DNA of 64,000 nt from Salpingoeca rosetta (lineage: Eukaryota; Protista; Choanoflagellata): contig JAWQFM010000029.1 of the NCBI GenBank assembly GCA_033442325.1, positions 586,847 to 650,846 on the forward strand, written 5' to 3'. The notes under the pieces are model-generated. The model saw only the letters and a list, made by a program, of their open reading frames with translations. It was not told the DNA's origin and ran no database searches. Of this stretch, positions 1-26,161 are shown in pieces. Both the position numbers and the translations under genes were made by a program. The stretch's first letter is position 1; every line of letters begins with the position of its first letter.

Positions 1-7916
<7,916 letters not shown>

Positions 7917-8309
7917 GTCCCAGGAGCAATGCCAGACTGCGTTGCTTATATGAACCTGGGGCTTCACCCAGCTTTTGGGCCTGATCGGGCGCGCTGCCGT
8001 GTGCGGTCTGCGGGTTGTGTTTGTTTTGGCTCGGTAGGTAGGTGGTATGAATGATGATGGGCTTGATCACTCAAACCAACAGAGGCGTGATCTGCTTCCC
8101 ACCACATTGATGATTGCGAGAAACACAAGCAGGGGAGGAAAATCAAAACAACCACCAGCAAGCGGACTGATGACGACAAAGGTGACGTCATTGAAAACAG
8201 AAAACTCTCAAAGAATGAAGAACGATGGGGAACAAGGGCGTGGCATGTGCCCTGGTTGATGTGCCGTGTTGTAAAAAATAACACAACAACGCAACAAGTG
8301 ATGGATCAT

Positions 8310-9092
8310 TCAAGAGTTTGATCGTTGCTGCTTGTCAAGGTGCATGATGTCCTCGATGACGTTGCGACCACTGTCATGGAAAACACGAGAAGCAATAATA
8401 GAATGAGGAGGGGACAACATTATGGCAAGCAACACACTCACACTCACACTCACACACACTCACACTCACACACACACTCACTCACTCACAACACACACAC
8501 GCACACACAACACACACACAACACACAACACACACACACAACACACAACACACACACACAACACACAAACACACCCAAAGACGCACCTGAAAAGGTCGGA
8601 GAGGGTGCCGTAACCGAGCATGGAGTGGGCGGTGAGCACGCCTGCCATGAGGGCACCAGTCACACCAACAGTCACAATGTCCTGTGGTGTGTTCAATGAT
8701 GGCAGAGCATCAGGATGGGAAGGGGTTGGTATTCAGCACACGATCAAGACAGGCAAGTACAAGGGAACGAAGGAGAACAGAAGCAACGCAGTCACGCACC
8801 CAGCACCAGCACCATCAACGTCGACAATGCAACGGTGGACGGCCAACGTTTCATCACGTCATCACACCTGGCCTGTCAGGTAGAAGTTTTTGATGTTAGT
8901 CTCCGGGCGCAGCCAGTCGTGCTCGGCAAAGCGGGCAGCATCATTCGCCAGGCCATACACCTCGCCGCGCAGGCTGTTGAGGTAGTGGTTGAAGGTCAGC
9001 GACGAGCCCACGTCCGTGTAATCAACCTGCCACCCAGGGGCAGCGAAAGGAAGAAGTTGAGGGAAGGCCGTGGATGTTCGCATGCGCGTGCG

Positions 9093-9128
<36 letters not shown>

Positions 9129-10043
9129 TGCGCGTTTGTGTGTGTGTGTGTGTGTGTGTGTGCATGCGTGCGTGCGTGCGTGTGTGTATGTATGTGTGTG
9201 TGTGTTGAATTTCATGTGTCATAAACCGCACCTTGCCGCGGCACTTGGGGTAGTAGTGGAAGAAGCCTTCGAGCATGCGCTCACCAAACATCTTTTTCTT
9301 GGCCTGTGTGCAGCATGCAAAGGCGTGTGTGTTTGCGCGTGTTTGCGCGTGTGTGCGTATTTCGAAGCGAAAACAATGTATTGTTGGTTGATGAGACGCA
9401 GCACCTGTACGAAGTAACCAGCATCTGTCACGCATTGTACCTGCGTGTGCATGTTCGTAAGTACGTGTACGTGATCACGTGTCTATGTGTGTGTGTGCGG
9501 GGGGGGGGGGCAAGTACACATACCTCGTAAGCTTCGCCGCGCTTGCCTTGCTCCGTTCCCTCCCACTCCTCCCACACAGAGTGCGGGCACATCGTGAGAA
9601 TGACGGCAGTCGACGTGTTGCCGTGGCTGCATGATGGGCGTTGGTGTGTGTGTGTGTGTGTGCGTGTGTGTGAAAGCATGTGAGTGTGTGGAAGTGAGAG
9701 AGTGTCGGTGGCAGTGACAGACACGGAGATGCACATACGTAGAGATATGGGGAGGCAGGGAGGTGGGTAGAGCAGGAAAATGCTACCACCACCACGTGCA
9801 TCACCACCACCACCACAACGTGCATCAGCACCAGCACGTGCATCAGCACCACCACGTGCATCAGCACCAGCACCAGCAGCCATCGCCACCATCACGATGC
9901 ACATCGCTGCCAGCACACACCGCTGCTTCCACGTCGAGTCCTTGGCGGAGGGCAGCCCCACAAAGAGCGGCAGAGGCGCCGTCTCCGGATCGTCAGCCAC
10001 GTCCTCAAGCACCTAAAGGCGGTCGTCGTGGCGGTGGTGTGAG

Positions 10044-10092
<49 letters not shown>

Positions 10093-10973
10093 GGACGGTG
10101 TCAGTTACAATGAGGGAACCATCCTCGAGGAATGGGACAAGAAAGCTGGGAGGTGCAGGTGGTTGACAGCAGCAAAATGAATGCGGCAAGGTCATGGGAC
10201 GGGTGCATGGCCTTCAAAAGAGGCTTTGTCGCGGCTGTGAGCATGGGAATAGCTTCATCGCTCAACCATTGCTGTGTGAGCTCAGCCAGCACGTCTGAGC
10301 ACCTTGTCAAAGTCGGCGTGCGGGTAGTGCCAGATGTTGCTGCCGTTCGGGTAGGGGGGAGGGGGTGTCAAGGAAAAGAGCGTCAAAGGATGAGGGGAAG
10401 TGGCGTGCGTGTGTGATTGATTTTGTGTGTGTGTGTGTGTGTGTGTGCTTGTTTGTTTGTTTTTCTTTGTTTGTGTGATTGATTTTGTGTGTGTGTTTGT
10501 GTGTGTGTTTGTTTGTTTGTTTGTTTGTTTGTTTGTTTGTTTGTTTGTTTGTTTGTTTGTTTGTTTGTTTGTTTGTTTGTTTGTTTGTTTGTTTGTTTGT
10601 TTGTTTGTTTGTTTGTTTGTTTGTTTGTTTGCTGGTGTGCTGGGTTATCAAAGCCGCAACCATCACACCTTCACCTTGCATCATCACCACCACCACCACC
10701 TGCTCCTGCCCTCACGCCTCGTGCCATCATCATCTTCACCTGGTGCGGAGCCCGAGCTCCTCTGCTGTTCCGCGCATACCGACGAAGAGATACACCATCG
10801 AGCACGACGGCCCAATCGCCTCAATCTTGTCCAGGATTGTGTCAGGCACTGCGCGGCGGGTGAGGCAAGTGAGGCCGCGTGTGTTGTGAGCGTGTGTTGT
10901 GAGCGTGTGGTGGGTGCGTGTGTATGCATATGTGTGTAGGAGGGAGACAGTGAGTGAGTGAGTGAGTGAGTGT

Positions 10974-11044
<71 letters not shown>

Positions 11045-11722
11045 TGAGTGAGTGAGTGAGTGTGCGTGTGCGTGTGTGTGTGAGTGAGTGAGTGAGTGAG
11101 AGAGAGAGAGAGAGAGTGTGTGTGTGTGTGTGTGTAGAGTCCAAAGCAATTGTAAGGGTGGGTCCGTGTTGTGACGTTGTGGGCCGCAGCAGGCATCACA
11201 GAGGAGAGAACGATGCACACCCATCACGCCACCACCGCTACCACCACCAACCATCATCAGCCCTCACCGAGGTCTCCGTGAAGGAGGCGCTCGTATGTGT
11301 TAAAGACGCCCGCGCTGGAGACGACGGCCTCGCGCGCCCGGATCACGTCCCCGTTGCGCATCCGCACACCAACCCTGAGCATGGTGGTGGTGGTGTGTGA
11401 GGGAGCGATGTGAGACGGCAAGCAGCAGCAACTTTCACGCATGCACACACACACACACTTGCACACACACACACACCCCACACCCCACACACACACACAC
11501 ACAGACACAGACGCATATGCATACACACACGCATGTACCCGGCCACCATCAGCACCACCTCGGCCTCTCCTCTTGCTTTTCATGGTGTCGTACGCGGTGT
11601 TGTTCTCGACAATGACCTCGTCCACGTACTGCTGTACCAACACGCGCCCGCCCATGCGCTCAATCGCAGGAATCATCTTCTTGGCAAACACAGTCGAGCC
11701 ACCACGTGGGTAGTACCTGAGA

Positions 11723-11794
<72 letters not shown>

Positions 11795-12626
11795 CGTGTG
11801 TGCATGTGTGCGTGTGTGTGCATGTGTGCATGTGTGCGTGTGTGCATGTGTGCATGTGTGCGTGTAATCAATCCCTTTCCAACACCAGCCTCACTGCCAT
11901 CACCACCACCATAACCACTTACCCACATCACTTACCATCACCACGATCACCCTCCCCACCACCCAACAAACCACCACCACCAGCACGAGCACCAGCAGTG
12001 ACGTACCCGCCGCGGATGTAGTGATTGACGACGGAGGCGTGCATGAAGAAGCTTGCCTTGGACGGCGTCTGCCCGTGGTCGCCAAACTGGCCCAGCAGCA
12101 CAGCCTGCAGCTCCTTGTTGTCCGTCACAGACTGCGCGGCCTCAAGAGCCGTCATGTTGAATACTTTGTAAAACGCGCCGCCCATGAAGCGGAGGAGGAG
12201 GCGTGCCAGCCACGCCGGGCGCACCACCTTCAACGTGAAGTACTGGTCCTGGCGCGACGCATGTCGGCACATCTGCACCCACTTCTCGATGCCTGCACGC
12301 TCACTCGGGAAGCGCTTGGCAAGCGTGTCGATAAACGCCTGACGGCCGGCGGGGAGCCCGTACACGTGGTCGCCAATCGCAATCTCATCATACACCTGAA
12401 CAAGAAGGGGGGGAACAGAGGTGAGGGGGTGTGAAGGTGAGAGGGTGAGGTAAAATTCGTAACATGCGACGGAGGGTGCATGAGAGAGAGAGAGTGTGTG
12501 TGTATGTGTGTGTGTGTGTGTGTGTGTTGGCAGTGCAAGCAGGGGGGGGCGGATGTTGTGGTTCCGGCGTATTGGTGTCGGCTGCAAAACCATCAATCAG
12601 CCACAAGAACAACCCCCCCCCAACCC

Positions 12627-12677
<51 letters not shown>

Positions 12678-13592
12678 CAAACAACCACACACCCGCCACC
12701 ATCTCCTTCACACCTTTGGAATGTCTTGTGGCGTCTCGCCCATCAGATCCCATTCAATCTTGCCCTCCGACACCAGATCAAGGATCCTAATGGTTGGGCG
12801 AGGCATGTGCATGGACGCGTGAAAGGAGGTGAGTTCATGTGTGATGCGTGTGTGATGTGTGAGAGCGGTGCGCGTGTGATGCGTGGGTGATGCGTTTGCA
12901 TCTGGAGAGCAATACACTTGGCAGTGCAAATACCAGCACAGCATCACACCACATCTCATCATGAGACTCACGGCTGCCGGCGAGAAACGTTGCCAATGTA
13001 GTGGACACCTTGTGACCAAGGAAACACAAAAAACGTGTGAGCCTCCAAGTGTGAGCGTTCACAAGAGCGCGACACCACCTTCTTACTGATACACTTTGTA
13101 AATCATTTCATTCGCACAACGTTTGTTCCCCCCCACTCACACAACACACACACACACAGCACGCACGCGCACACACACACACACCATGTCAGCTTTCTCA
13201 CCAGTGTCAAACTCGTAGCCGCGTTCCTCGAACATGTGGGTCGCGCCGCCAGCAATGTAATGCTGTTCGAGCACGAGAACCCGGCGGCCGCATCGGGACA
13301 AGAGCCCGCCGAGGGTGAGGGCGCTGATGCCGCTGCCGATGATGATGACATCAATGTCCTTGGGAAGCTTCTTGCGGCTGTACACGTCGCGGTGGATCTC
13401 GGTGGCGTGCTTGGGCATCTCCTCCTCCGTGAGAGGCTGGCGAGGGATGTAGGAGCGTGGCAGGCGGGCGCTCTTCTCCTGGCGAAGGTACACCACGATC
13501 GCCAGGACCACGCCGCCCACAAGCACCAGAGCCGTCATCCATGGCGGCAGCACACCAAACACAGCGCCAAGGCTGTTAGCGATCACACCCAT
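8310..13592 (-). CDS. All-trans-retinol 13,14-reductase (RETSAT)-like / phytoene-desaturase-family FAD oxidoreductase, multi-exon
   Basis: N-terminal TM segment, Rossmann motif [12 protein letters not shown]...[93 protein letters not shown]. Last exon [19 protein letters not shown]. Confidence 0.88.
10508..10631. repeat. (TTTG)n tetranucleotide microsatellite, intronic
   Basis: Directly visible perfect repeat. Confidence 0.95.
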
Positions 13593-14203
13593 ATTCCTTC
13601 GTTGAGACGCAGACGGGCAGGGCAAGAGACGGAAAAGGACGGCTGGCAGAGAGAATTGGGGGGGGGGGGAGCGAGGTGAGGAAGGCGAGCACCAGTGCGA
13701 GGTCACACATCAACACCAACAAGCGTTTGGCGTTCTCGTTGCTCGATCAACAGGCTCACTGTGAGGACAACGCAGTGCGCGAGAAGGTGGACAATTGACG
13801 AATATCTTCACCTACAATTCGGCTCCCCTCCAGCTTTTTGGTTGCGCGTTGCGTTTTGCGCCTTCATTCTTCTCCTTCGTCTCCTTCGAGTCTCTGGTTT
13901 GCTTTCCCACACACTCTCTCAACCACACCACATCAGCCAGCAAGCAGCAAGCACAAGCAACAGCACGTTGTGCGCCGTTAGTCTCGCATCATCACACACA
14001 CACACACGCATCAGACACACGAGCTTTGCGGCGACCGACCTGACACAGGCAGTGTTTCGGTTTGTTTGTGTTTGCATTTACTCGCAAAGGAGGGCCACGT
14101 CTGCAGCTGTGTGAGACCAAGACGGCACCCACTACCCCACGCGCAAGCCGTCTCAGTCTCAGCAACACCGACACGAGCGCAGTCACTCAGTCAGACAAAC
14201 ACC

Positions 14204-14619
14204 ATGGACGGGCAAGCCGAGGCCATTGACTACTACAAGCGCCTCTGCAAGGCGCTGCTCTCCAAAGGCGAACGCTCTGCCCTGCAGAAGGTGCTCGCCA
14301 CCTTTGTCTCCTCAAAGGTAAGCCTGTGTGTGTGCGTGTGTCTGTGTGTGTGCGTGTGTCTGTGTGTGTGTGACATCATGACACCATCACATTTGGGTGC
14401 TGACCGCGTGTCTTCAGCGCCTTGCAGTGCTTGTACTCAGCAACGTCTTGTCGCTGCCTTGCTTGAATGCGTGCTTTGGCAGTCGTTTGCGACGCTAGCG
14501 AATGACCTGCCGAAGATCCTGGACTCACCACGCAAGCGCTCGCTCATCCCGGCCATCAAGGCCCTCATCCCCGACCAGTATCATGCGCAGTTTGACCGCG
14601 CTCTCCAGCACATGGGCAT

Positions 14620-14682
<63 letters not shown>

Positions 14683-14757
14683 TGGTTGGCAGTGTGGCTA
14701 TGCAGGATGTGTAACCAATTGAAGGCACTCATTGCGCGTGTGCATTGTACTACGTGC

Positions 14758-14805
<48 letters not shown>

Positions 14806-15279
14806 TCAGGCGGCATGGACCACCATCGATAAGCAGTCCGCACGGGAGGTGCGCAAGGCGCGCGTGGAACAGGAGCGCATGCTGCAAGAGGAAGCAAGAA
14901 AACAACTGCAGGACTTGGACGTGCGTATAAGCTTGGGGATGGTGACACATGTGTGTGTGCGTGTGTGTGTGTGTTTGCTTGTGTGTGTGTGTGTTTGCTT
15001 GTTTGTTTGTGTGTGTGTGTGTGTGTTTGCTTGTTTGTTGTGTGTGTGTGTGTTTGCTTGTGTGTTTGCTTGTGTGTGTTTGCTTGTGCGGGCACACACA
15101 CACACACAGAGGTTGCGCCCAAGCAATGTCTCGCCTGTCGTCTGTCCAACCCCTCCCCCTGTCTCCTTCACACGTGCGTTGCCTGCGGTGTGCAGATGAA
15201 CGGTGACGGCGACGCGTTCCAGCGCTTCCTCGAGCGGCAGCGCGAACTCTCACGAAGCTCAGCAGCGGTACGAGTGGTC

Positions 15280-15335
<56 letters not shown>

Positions 15336-15345
15336 GTGCGTGTGT

Positions 15346-15382
<37 letters not shown>

Positions 15383-17170
15383 CATGACCGGCACGTGCCC
15401 TGCTAATATACCTGTCCTCATCACCGCCACTGCCACCTCCTTCAGGAAAATCCCGAGGTTGAGTCGCAGTGGGGCTGGATGGAGAATGACCAGACCGTCA
15501 AGACCCTCGAGTTCACGTGCGTGTGTGTCTGTGTCTGTGTCTGTGTTTGTGCGTGTGTGTGTGTGTTGTGTGTGTGTGTGTGTGTATGTGTGTGTGTGTG
15601 TATGTGGTGTATGGGCGCGCGCTTGTGCTGAAACATCACACATCCAACACCTTCAACACACGCATATGTTTACAAACACCTCCCCTCAACAACACCTTCC
15701 TTCCTTCCTCCTCATCGTCCTGCTGCCGGTTACAACAATGCAGGGAGCAAGACGAGGCGAAGTATGCAGACGTGGAGGACATTGATGCGATTCTCAGCAC
15801 CATCGACGGACAAGAGGTGCCGTGTTTACATTAATGTGATGTGCCGTGGTGGTGTGTGACATGTGGTGTGTTTGAAACTTGTGTATGTGTGTGTGCGTTT
15901 GAAGGTGACGCATGTATGCTTGTTGTGTGCGAGTGCTTGTGCACGTGTGTACGCATGCACGTGTGCGCGTGTGCCAGCTGGACTTTTTGCTTTTCAACCC
16001 ACTCAAATCCCCTTCCCAACGCGCCTACGTCGCTCCCACCACTGCCATTGCTACGTGCGCACATTTTTTTTCTTTTTGTTCCTTTGCCTGCAGGCACCGC
16101 CGATTCCGCGGCGCCAGTCGAAGACGACTGCAGACCCAATGCCGCCCGTTCCCCCGCGCAGGGTGAGCACTTTGTAGTGGTGACGCCAATGGCACAGTGG
16201 CGGTGGTTGTGGTGGTGGTGGTAGTGGTGGTGGTGGTGGTGGTGGTGGTGGCGGTGGTGGTGGTGGGAGCAGCAGGCAGGGTTGTAATGCGGGAGGGGGG
16301 CAATCTTGGTTTTGCGTACTGCTATGGACTCACGTCTTCGCTCATGTGTGCGTGTGTGTATGATTGAGTGCAGTCAAAGCCGCAATCGCCCGAGCCAGGC
16401 GAAGCACCGGTGAGTTTTGCATGAGTTGAAACACATCACCGCGCACGCACGCATAGGTTTCCACATCCACAAGTACTCGTTGGCACATTCTTCCATTCGC
16501 GCGCGCGCACACGCACACACACTCTCTCTGTCTCTGTCTGTCTGTCTGTCTCTGTCTGTCTCTGTCTCTCCCTCTCCCTCTGTTTGTGTATCTCTTGACT
16601 CACTCGCGCCGCATCAAACCAACCCAACGTCACCAACCAAACCAAACCAACTGCCCAACACCAGCCGCCCGTGGCGCCGCGCAAGAGCGTGGGGGCGAAC
16701 CCCGTGCCGGCAACGTGGCTGCCGGAGTGGTACAACTGCGGCAGCATCTCCCGACAGGTCCGTGCACGCGCATGGAAAGGCGGAAGGAAAAGATGTGTTG
16801 TAATTTGAGGTGGTGTGTGTCTGTGTGTGTTTGTGTGTCTGTGTGTCTGTGTCTGTGTTTTGTGTCTTGTCTCTGTCTGTATCTGTGCGTCTCCCTCGCC
16901 AACGTGGCGGCGTTTCCCATTCATTCCGTCAGCGTGATTCCACCAATCCCCCTCACACACACACACACACACGCACGCACGCACATACACACACATACAC
17001 ACCCTGCCCCCCCCCCCCCGGCCATCTGCCTCACGCAACAGGAGGCGGAGTCTGAGCTGCGGGCGCGCGGGTTCACGGAGGGCCTCTTCCTCGTGCGGAA
17101 CAAAGGTCCAGGCGGTGTCAAATTCTGCCTCTCCATCGTCTACAAGCAAAAGTGCGCCACACGGCAGGCG

Positions 17171-17246
<76 letters not shown>

Positions 17247-17282
17247 CGTTGTTGTCGTTGTTGTCGTTGTTGTTGTGTGTCT

Positions 17283-17340
<58 letters not shown>

Positions 17341-17782
17341 TGGCTTCCAATTGTCGTCGTGTGCCTTGTTTTTTATGATCGCCACACATTGCACCACAAC
17401 CTACCCACAGCAACGTGCCCACAACATCCGTTGCATTAGCTCACACCAGCACACCACTCCTCATGGCCTGCCCCTATCTATGTGTGTGACAGCGTTGCAC
17501 ATGTGTTGATGGACCGCCCAACCATCAACCATCCACTCACCATCGACAACCAGTCGTACGGCGGCGAGGTGTGCACCATGGCGGTGATGCCGGTGTCGTC
17601 GTTGTCGTTGTTGTTGTTGTTGGTGGTGGTGGTGGTGGCAGCAGAGATGAGTGATGTTGCCGTCGCTTGTCAACGATGCTGCTGCTGCTGCTGTGAAAAC
17701 GACTTGAACGAATTCAAAGCTTGTTCAAAGCACACACACACCCCTGCACACACACACCTGCACACACACACACACCTGCACA

Positions 17783-17851
<69 letters not shown>

Positions 17852-18038
17852 GCACACGCACACACACGCACACGCACACACACACACCCTCACCGCCATC
17901 CCTCACCACCACCACCACCACCACCATCATCACCATCATCATCATCAGTGCTACACGCCCGAGGAGATGGTGGAGGCGATCCGCGCCCTCGGCGACCGCT
18001 TTGAGTTCCAGCTCGTCAAGCCCCTTCGTGCCCCGTAG
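14204..18038 (+). CDS. Signalling adaptor: N-terminal harmonin-homology-like helical domain, coiled coil, Tyr motif, Pro-rich motifs, C-terminal SH2 domain
   Basis: Spliced: MDGQAEAIDYYKRLCKALLSKGERSALQKVLATFVSSK|SFATLANDLPKILDSPRKRSLIPAIKALIPDQYHAQFDRAL. SH2: LPEWYNCGSISRQ|EAESELRARGFTEGLFLVRNKGPGGVKFCLSIVY...VAHVLM...TPEEMVEAI...LVKPLRAP*. Confidence 0.8.
17170..17276. repeat. (GTT)n microsatellite, intronic
   Basis: Directly visible; lies between SH2 exons. Confidence 0.9.
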
Positions 18039-18917
18039 ACCCGCACACACACACACACATGCACAAGCACGCGCTTCTCCTGCTGCTTCCGTGTTGTACT
18101 TCCTCTTTTCGGTTTCTCTCTTCCTCTTTATCTCGGTTAGTGTCACCTTGCCCCTCTCCCTCCAGCACACACGCAAACATCGCACACACTTTATAAGCAC
18201 GTGTGAGCGCACTCAGCCCCTCCTTTCGTACGCACGTGTGTGCGACGACCAGGTGCATGCGCGCACCTCTTTCCGTCTGCCCACTCCAAACTCCTCCACT
18301 AGCTATTTCGACACGCTCGCGCAGTGTGTGCAGTCTTGTCAATCTGTCTTGTCTTGTCTGTCTGTCTGACTGGCACTTTGATGTGGCACGACTTTTTGTA
18401 GATGGGTTGCTTTGCTTCATTCGTACTTGTTTGTGTTTCTTTCATTTGGATGCTGGCTCTTCCCACCTAATGAAAAGACACCCCCGCCCCTTTCGATGTG
18501 GTGCGTGTGTGAATGCTTATTTCGCTGTTGCTTCTTGGTTGTGTTTGGTGTTGTGGTCTCACATGTCACATCACGTCACATCGCTGTATTTCAGTCCTTT
18601 TGGTCGTGTGTTCTTGTTTCCATTTTCTTTATCGTCCATGCTTTGCTTGCTTGCTTGCTTGCTTGCTCCGTTTACCAAAAGCTACATAAACCAAATTCAA
18701 GCACACACCCTCTTGTACGAGAGAGAGAGAGAGAGTGTGTGTGTGTGTGTGTGGTGGCGGCGGAGAGACGTGCACGCGCTCGGTTGCTTGCTTGCTTGCG
18801 TGCGTGCTTACTTCTTGCTTGCTATGTTGGCTGCTACAGCTTGTTTCCACCAAGGCAGTTTGGAGTCTGTCAACGGAAAATAGCGTTGCGAACCACGTGA
18901 GCAACGAGGCTGCACGT

Positions 18918-19760
18918 TCAACTTGGATGCCGCTGTAAATATGAGACAAGGAACAACGATGTGCACGCAGGGAACAATAGACCAACGAGTGTGCACGGGC
19001 ATGTGGGCACCAGCACGCGTACCGGGCTGACGTTGGCGTTCTTCTCCCACTGCGCAGGCGTGCGTGCCTGTGAACGTCGAAACGAGGGGCGAGAGAAAGA
19101 TGCCGCAACGCCATCAGTAAACCATGACACGGGCAATATCGCACGTGCCGTTGCAAGCACCAGCTGAAACAACAGAAAGTACCACTTACGGTGATGGAGA
19201 GCGCGTGGATTGGGCCGGCCATCTCCTTGTCCAGCGTCGCATACACTTCCCGTGACCTCTACTCAGCATGCATGAGAGTAAGAGAAAAAGGGGCGTGCAA
19301 TGGTCAGTACCGGCATGGGTGCAGCTCAAATACAATCAAATTATCACGCGCAACACACATGTACGCACGTATGCACACACGCACACACGTATGCGCACAC
19401 GCACATGTAAACACACACACACGTGTATACACGCACATGAACCCAGACACACACCTTGATGAGAGGCATTCCTTCGAATTCTGGCGCGACAATGATGACC
19501 TTGAAGTGGGTCTCGCTGCCCTTTGGCACGTTGTGTTTGAAGCTCTCATTGATAATTTCCAAGTGCTGCGGCTTGAACCTTGCTGTGAGCTTCTCGCGCA
19601 CAGCATCCTCAACCACCCCCATCTGTACAAAGCAAGGGAGTTGATGGAGTTAGAGTTGATGGTGAGTGAGTGAGTGAGTGGGTGAGTGGGTGAGTGTGTG
19701 AGTGAGTGAGTGAGTGTGTGTGTGTGTGTGTGTGAGTGAGTGAGTGAGTGCCAGCTATAA

Positions 19761-19806
<46 letters not shown>

Positions 19807-19921
19807 ACACACACACACACATACACACACACATACACACACACACACATACACGCACGGCTGTTCGTGGCGTGGTGTGCAGGAGGCGACGAGATGCAGC
19901 AACAACCGCTCGCAAAGACAT
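18918..19921 (-). CDS. bolA: BolA-family protein, probably mitochondrial (BOLA1-like)
   Basis: Presequence-like MSLRAVVAASRRLLHTTPRTA, then EKLTARFKPQHLEIINESFKHNVPKGSETHFKVIIVAPEFEGMPLIK|RSREVYATLDKEMAGPIHALSIT|ARTPAQW. The final micro-exon is uncertain. Confidence 0.88.
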
Positions 19922-20067
19922 GCTGCGACACGATGAAATAAATCACCAAAGATATCCAATATTCTTCCCAACTCAAATCAAAACATCAACCGCGACCAAC
20001 CAACGCGATCCAACAGTCGTTTCGTTTTTTTTTTCTGCCACCACTGCAACCACACACGGAAACAACG

Positions 20068-23718
<3,651 letters not shown>

Positions 23719-24141
23719 TGAGCGCATCCATTGTGCCATGGTTGTGGTGCGTTTATGGTGTTGATGTTGCTGGTGTTGTTGGTTGTGGCGTTCGTCGTGA
23801 CCGTTTCTGCTGCTGCTGCTGCTGCTGCTACCATGATGTCGCGTGTGTGTTGTGTTCTTCTACAGCCGTGTTGTTGTTATGCACTTAACGCTGTTCAGCC
23901 CATGAGTGACGCTGTTTCACCTCTTTTGAATCAAAACTTAAAACGTTCTGCAACATGTACGCGGTGGCTTGGTGTGGAGGACGTGGCGAAGGGGGTGCTG
24001 TGGCGTGCTCGTGTTTCTGTATTTGAAAACGCTTCAAAGCGCGCAGGTAACAGGAGGTGCCGAACACTTGACAGACAGAGAGAGAGAGAGAGAGCGAAGC
24101 AAGCAAGCAAACAAACAAACAACAAAAACAATGTTGACACA

Positions 24142-24195
<54 letters not shown>

Positions 24196-24213
24196 CATAA
24201 CACACACCACACA

Positions 24214-24248
<35 letters not shown>

Positions 24249-24321
24249 AAAGGAACGCGATATCCCCCTCTCCGTTCCCCTCCCCCCCCCCCCCCACCGC
24301 CCATCTTCTTCGTTCTACTTG

Positions 24322-26161
24322 TCAGCAGGCTGCTGGGCAGTTGGTGGTCGTGACACCATCAGGGACGGAAATGCAGGAGCCAAGGCCACGACAGTTAACA
24401 GTATTCAAGTCAACGTTCCCAGAGAGATCAAGCTGACCATCAAAGGTGGTCAGACCTTTGAGGTCAAACGTGGTGAAGTTGTCCGAGCCAAGTTTCAGCG
24501 CACCACCAATGCTTGTAAGGGCGCCAAAGTCGAGGCTGGTGAGGTGGCTGTTGCGCGAGAGGTCGATGTTGCCTCCCACGCTTGCCAAGTTCGCAAACGA
24601 GATGGCAGTCACTTGGCTGTTGGAGAAGGTCATGTATTGGCCGACAGACTGCAAGCTGCCGAAGCTGATGCTGGTGATGTTCCAGTTGCCAAGGGTGCTC
24701 ACAAAGCCGTCAATCGTCTGGATGTTGCCAAAGTCAACGCTCGTCAGCGCATTCAGGCTGAGGTCGATGTTGCCGCCCACGGCGGTGAGGCTGCCAAAGT
24801 TGACGCTCACCAGGCCGTTGGAGAGGAGGTCCAGGTTGTACACGACAGACGTGAGGCCGCCGAGGTCAACAGTGGTGAGCCCACAGCGAGCGAGGCTCAG
24901 CTGCCCGCCAATGCTGGTGAGGGCACCAAGCGAGAGGCTGTCGAGCTTGCTGTTCTGGATCATGACGCTCTGGCCCACGGTGGCGATGGACGCCAGGTCA
25001 ATCCTCTTTGCCGCGGTGCCAATCACGTGGAGGCGACCGCCCACGCTCGTCAGCGCACCAAAGTCGACGCTGGTGATGGAGGCGGAGTTCAAGCTCAGGT
25101 CACCACCGACGCTGGCCACGGAGGCAAGGTTGACGCTGGTGAGGTTGGTTGAGTCGAGGTAAACGTACTCGCCAATGGCCGTGAGCACACCAAAGCTGAC
25201 ACTGGTGAGGCGACTTGAGCGGCTGAGGTCCAGGCTGCCCGTAATCTCCGTGACACCGGCAAAGTCGAGGGATGGCAACAGCGTGCGCTCAAGACTGACG
25301 TACGCATCAATGAGCGTGATATCACCAAACCCGACGGACTGGAGCACGCTTGGCACATCATCGCCAATGTCGTGCGTGACGAAGCTTGAAGTGAGGCGGG
25401 TGTTGCGGCCAAAGTCGATGGCGGTGATCTGGGTGCCGTCGAGGTCAATGTTGCTGACGGTGCCGTCGGTGACCCCCCACTGCCTGGATCCGACATACAG
25501 ATGGTCTGTCACATCGCCGACGTGGGTGAGGTTGGAGAAGAAGAAGGACGTCAGCGGGTTCCCGCTCACGTTCAGGCTGACGCCGACAGTGGAGAAGTTG
25601 CCAAAGTCAATCGCAGAGAGGCTGTTGTCGTTGAGGAACAGGTGGCCGCCAACAGTTTCGAGGGCCCCAAAGCGGATGCTGCTGATGCTGTTGCTGCTGA
25701 GGTTCACCGTGCCCTGAACGTGGGTGAGTGTGTTGCCAAAGTCCACGGCGGTGAGCTGTCCGTTGCTGCCTTCGATGGCGCCAATGTGGGAGACGTTGAC
25801 GTCCGTGAGATCGAGGGAGGTGAGGGAAGAGGCCAACGTGACAGAGCCTGTGACCTTGTGCAACTGGTTGAAGGCTTCGCAGCAGCAGTTTTCCACGGTC
25901 TCCACCTCGGTCGTGCCAAGGTGGATCACGGTGGCGCGGGAGTCTGGGTCCGTGCAGTCGAGTGTCTCGACGCTTGGCTTGCTGGAGTGGTTGCGATTGA
26001 TGACGACGAGTGGCACGGCGATGGCCACTGCCACTGCCAGCACGACGACCACGGCCAGGAGGATTCGTGTCTTGGACCAGCGAGCACTCTTGGACGTGCG
26101 TTTCTCTGTGTGCTGGTGTGTGTCCACCAGCCTCGAGCTGGAGTTGACGCGTTGCAAAGGC

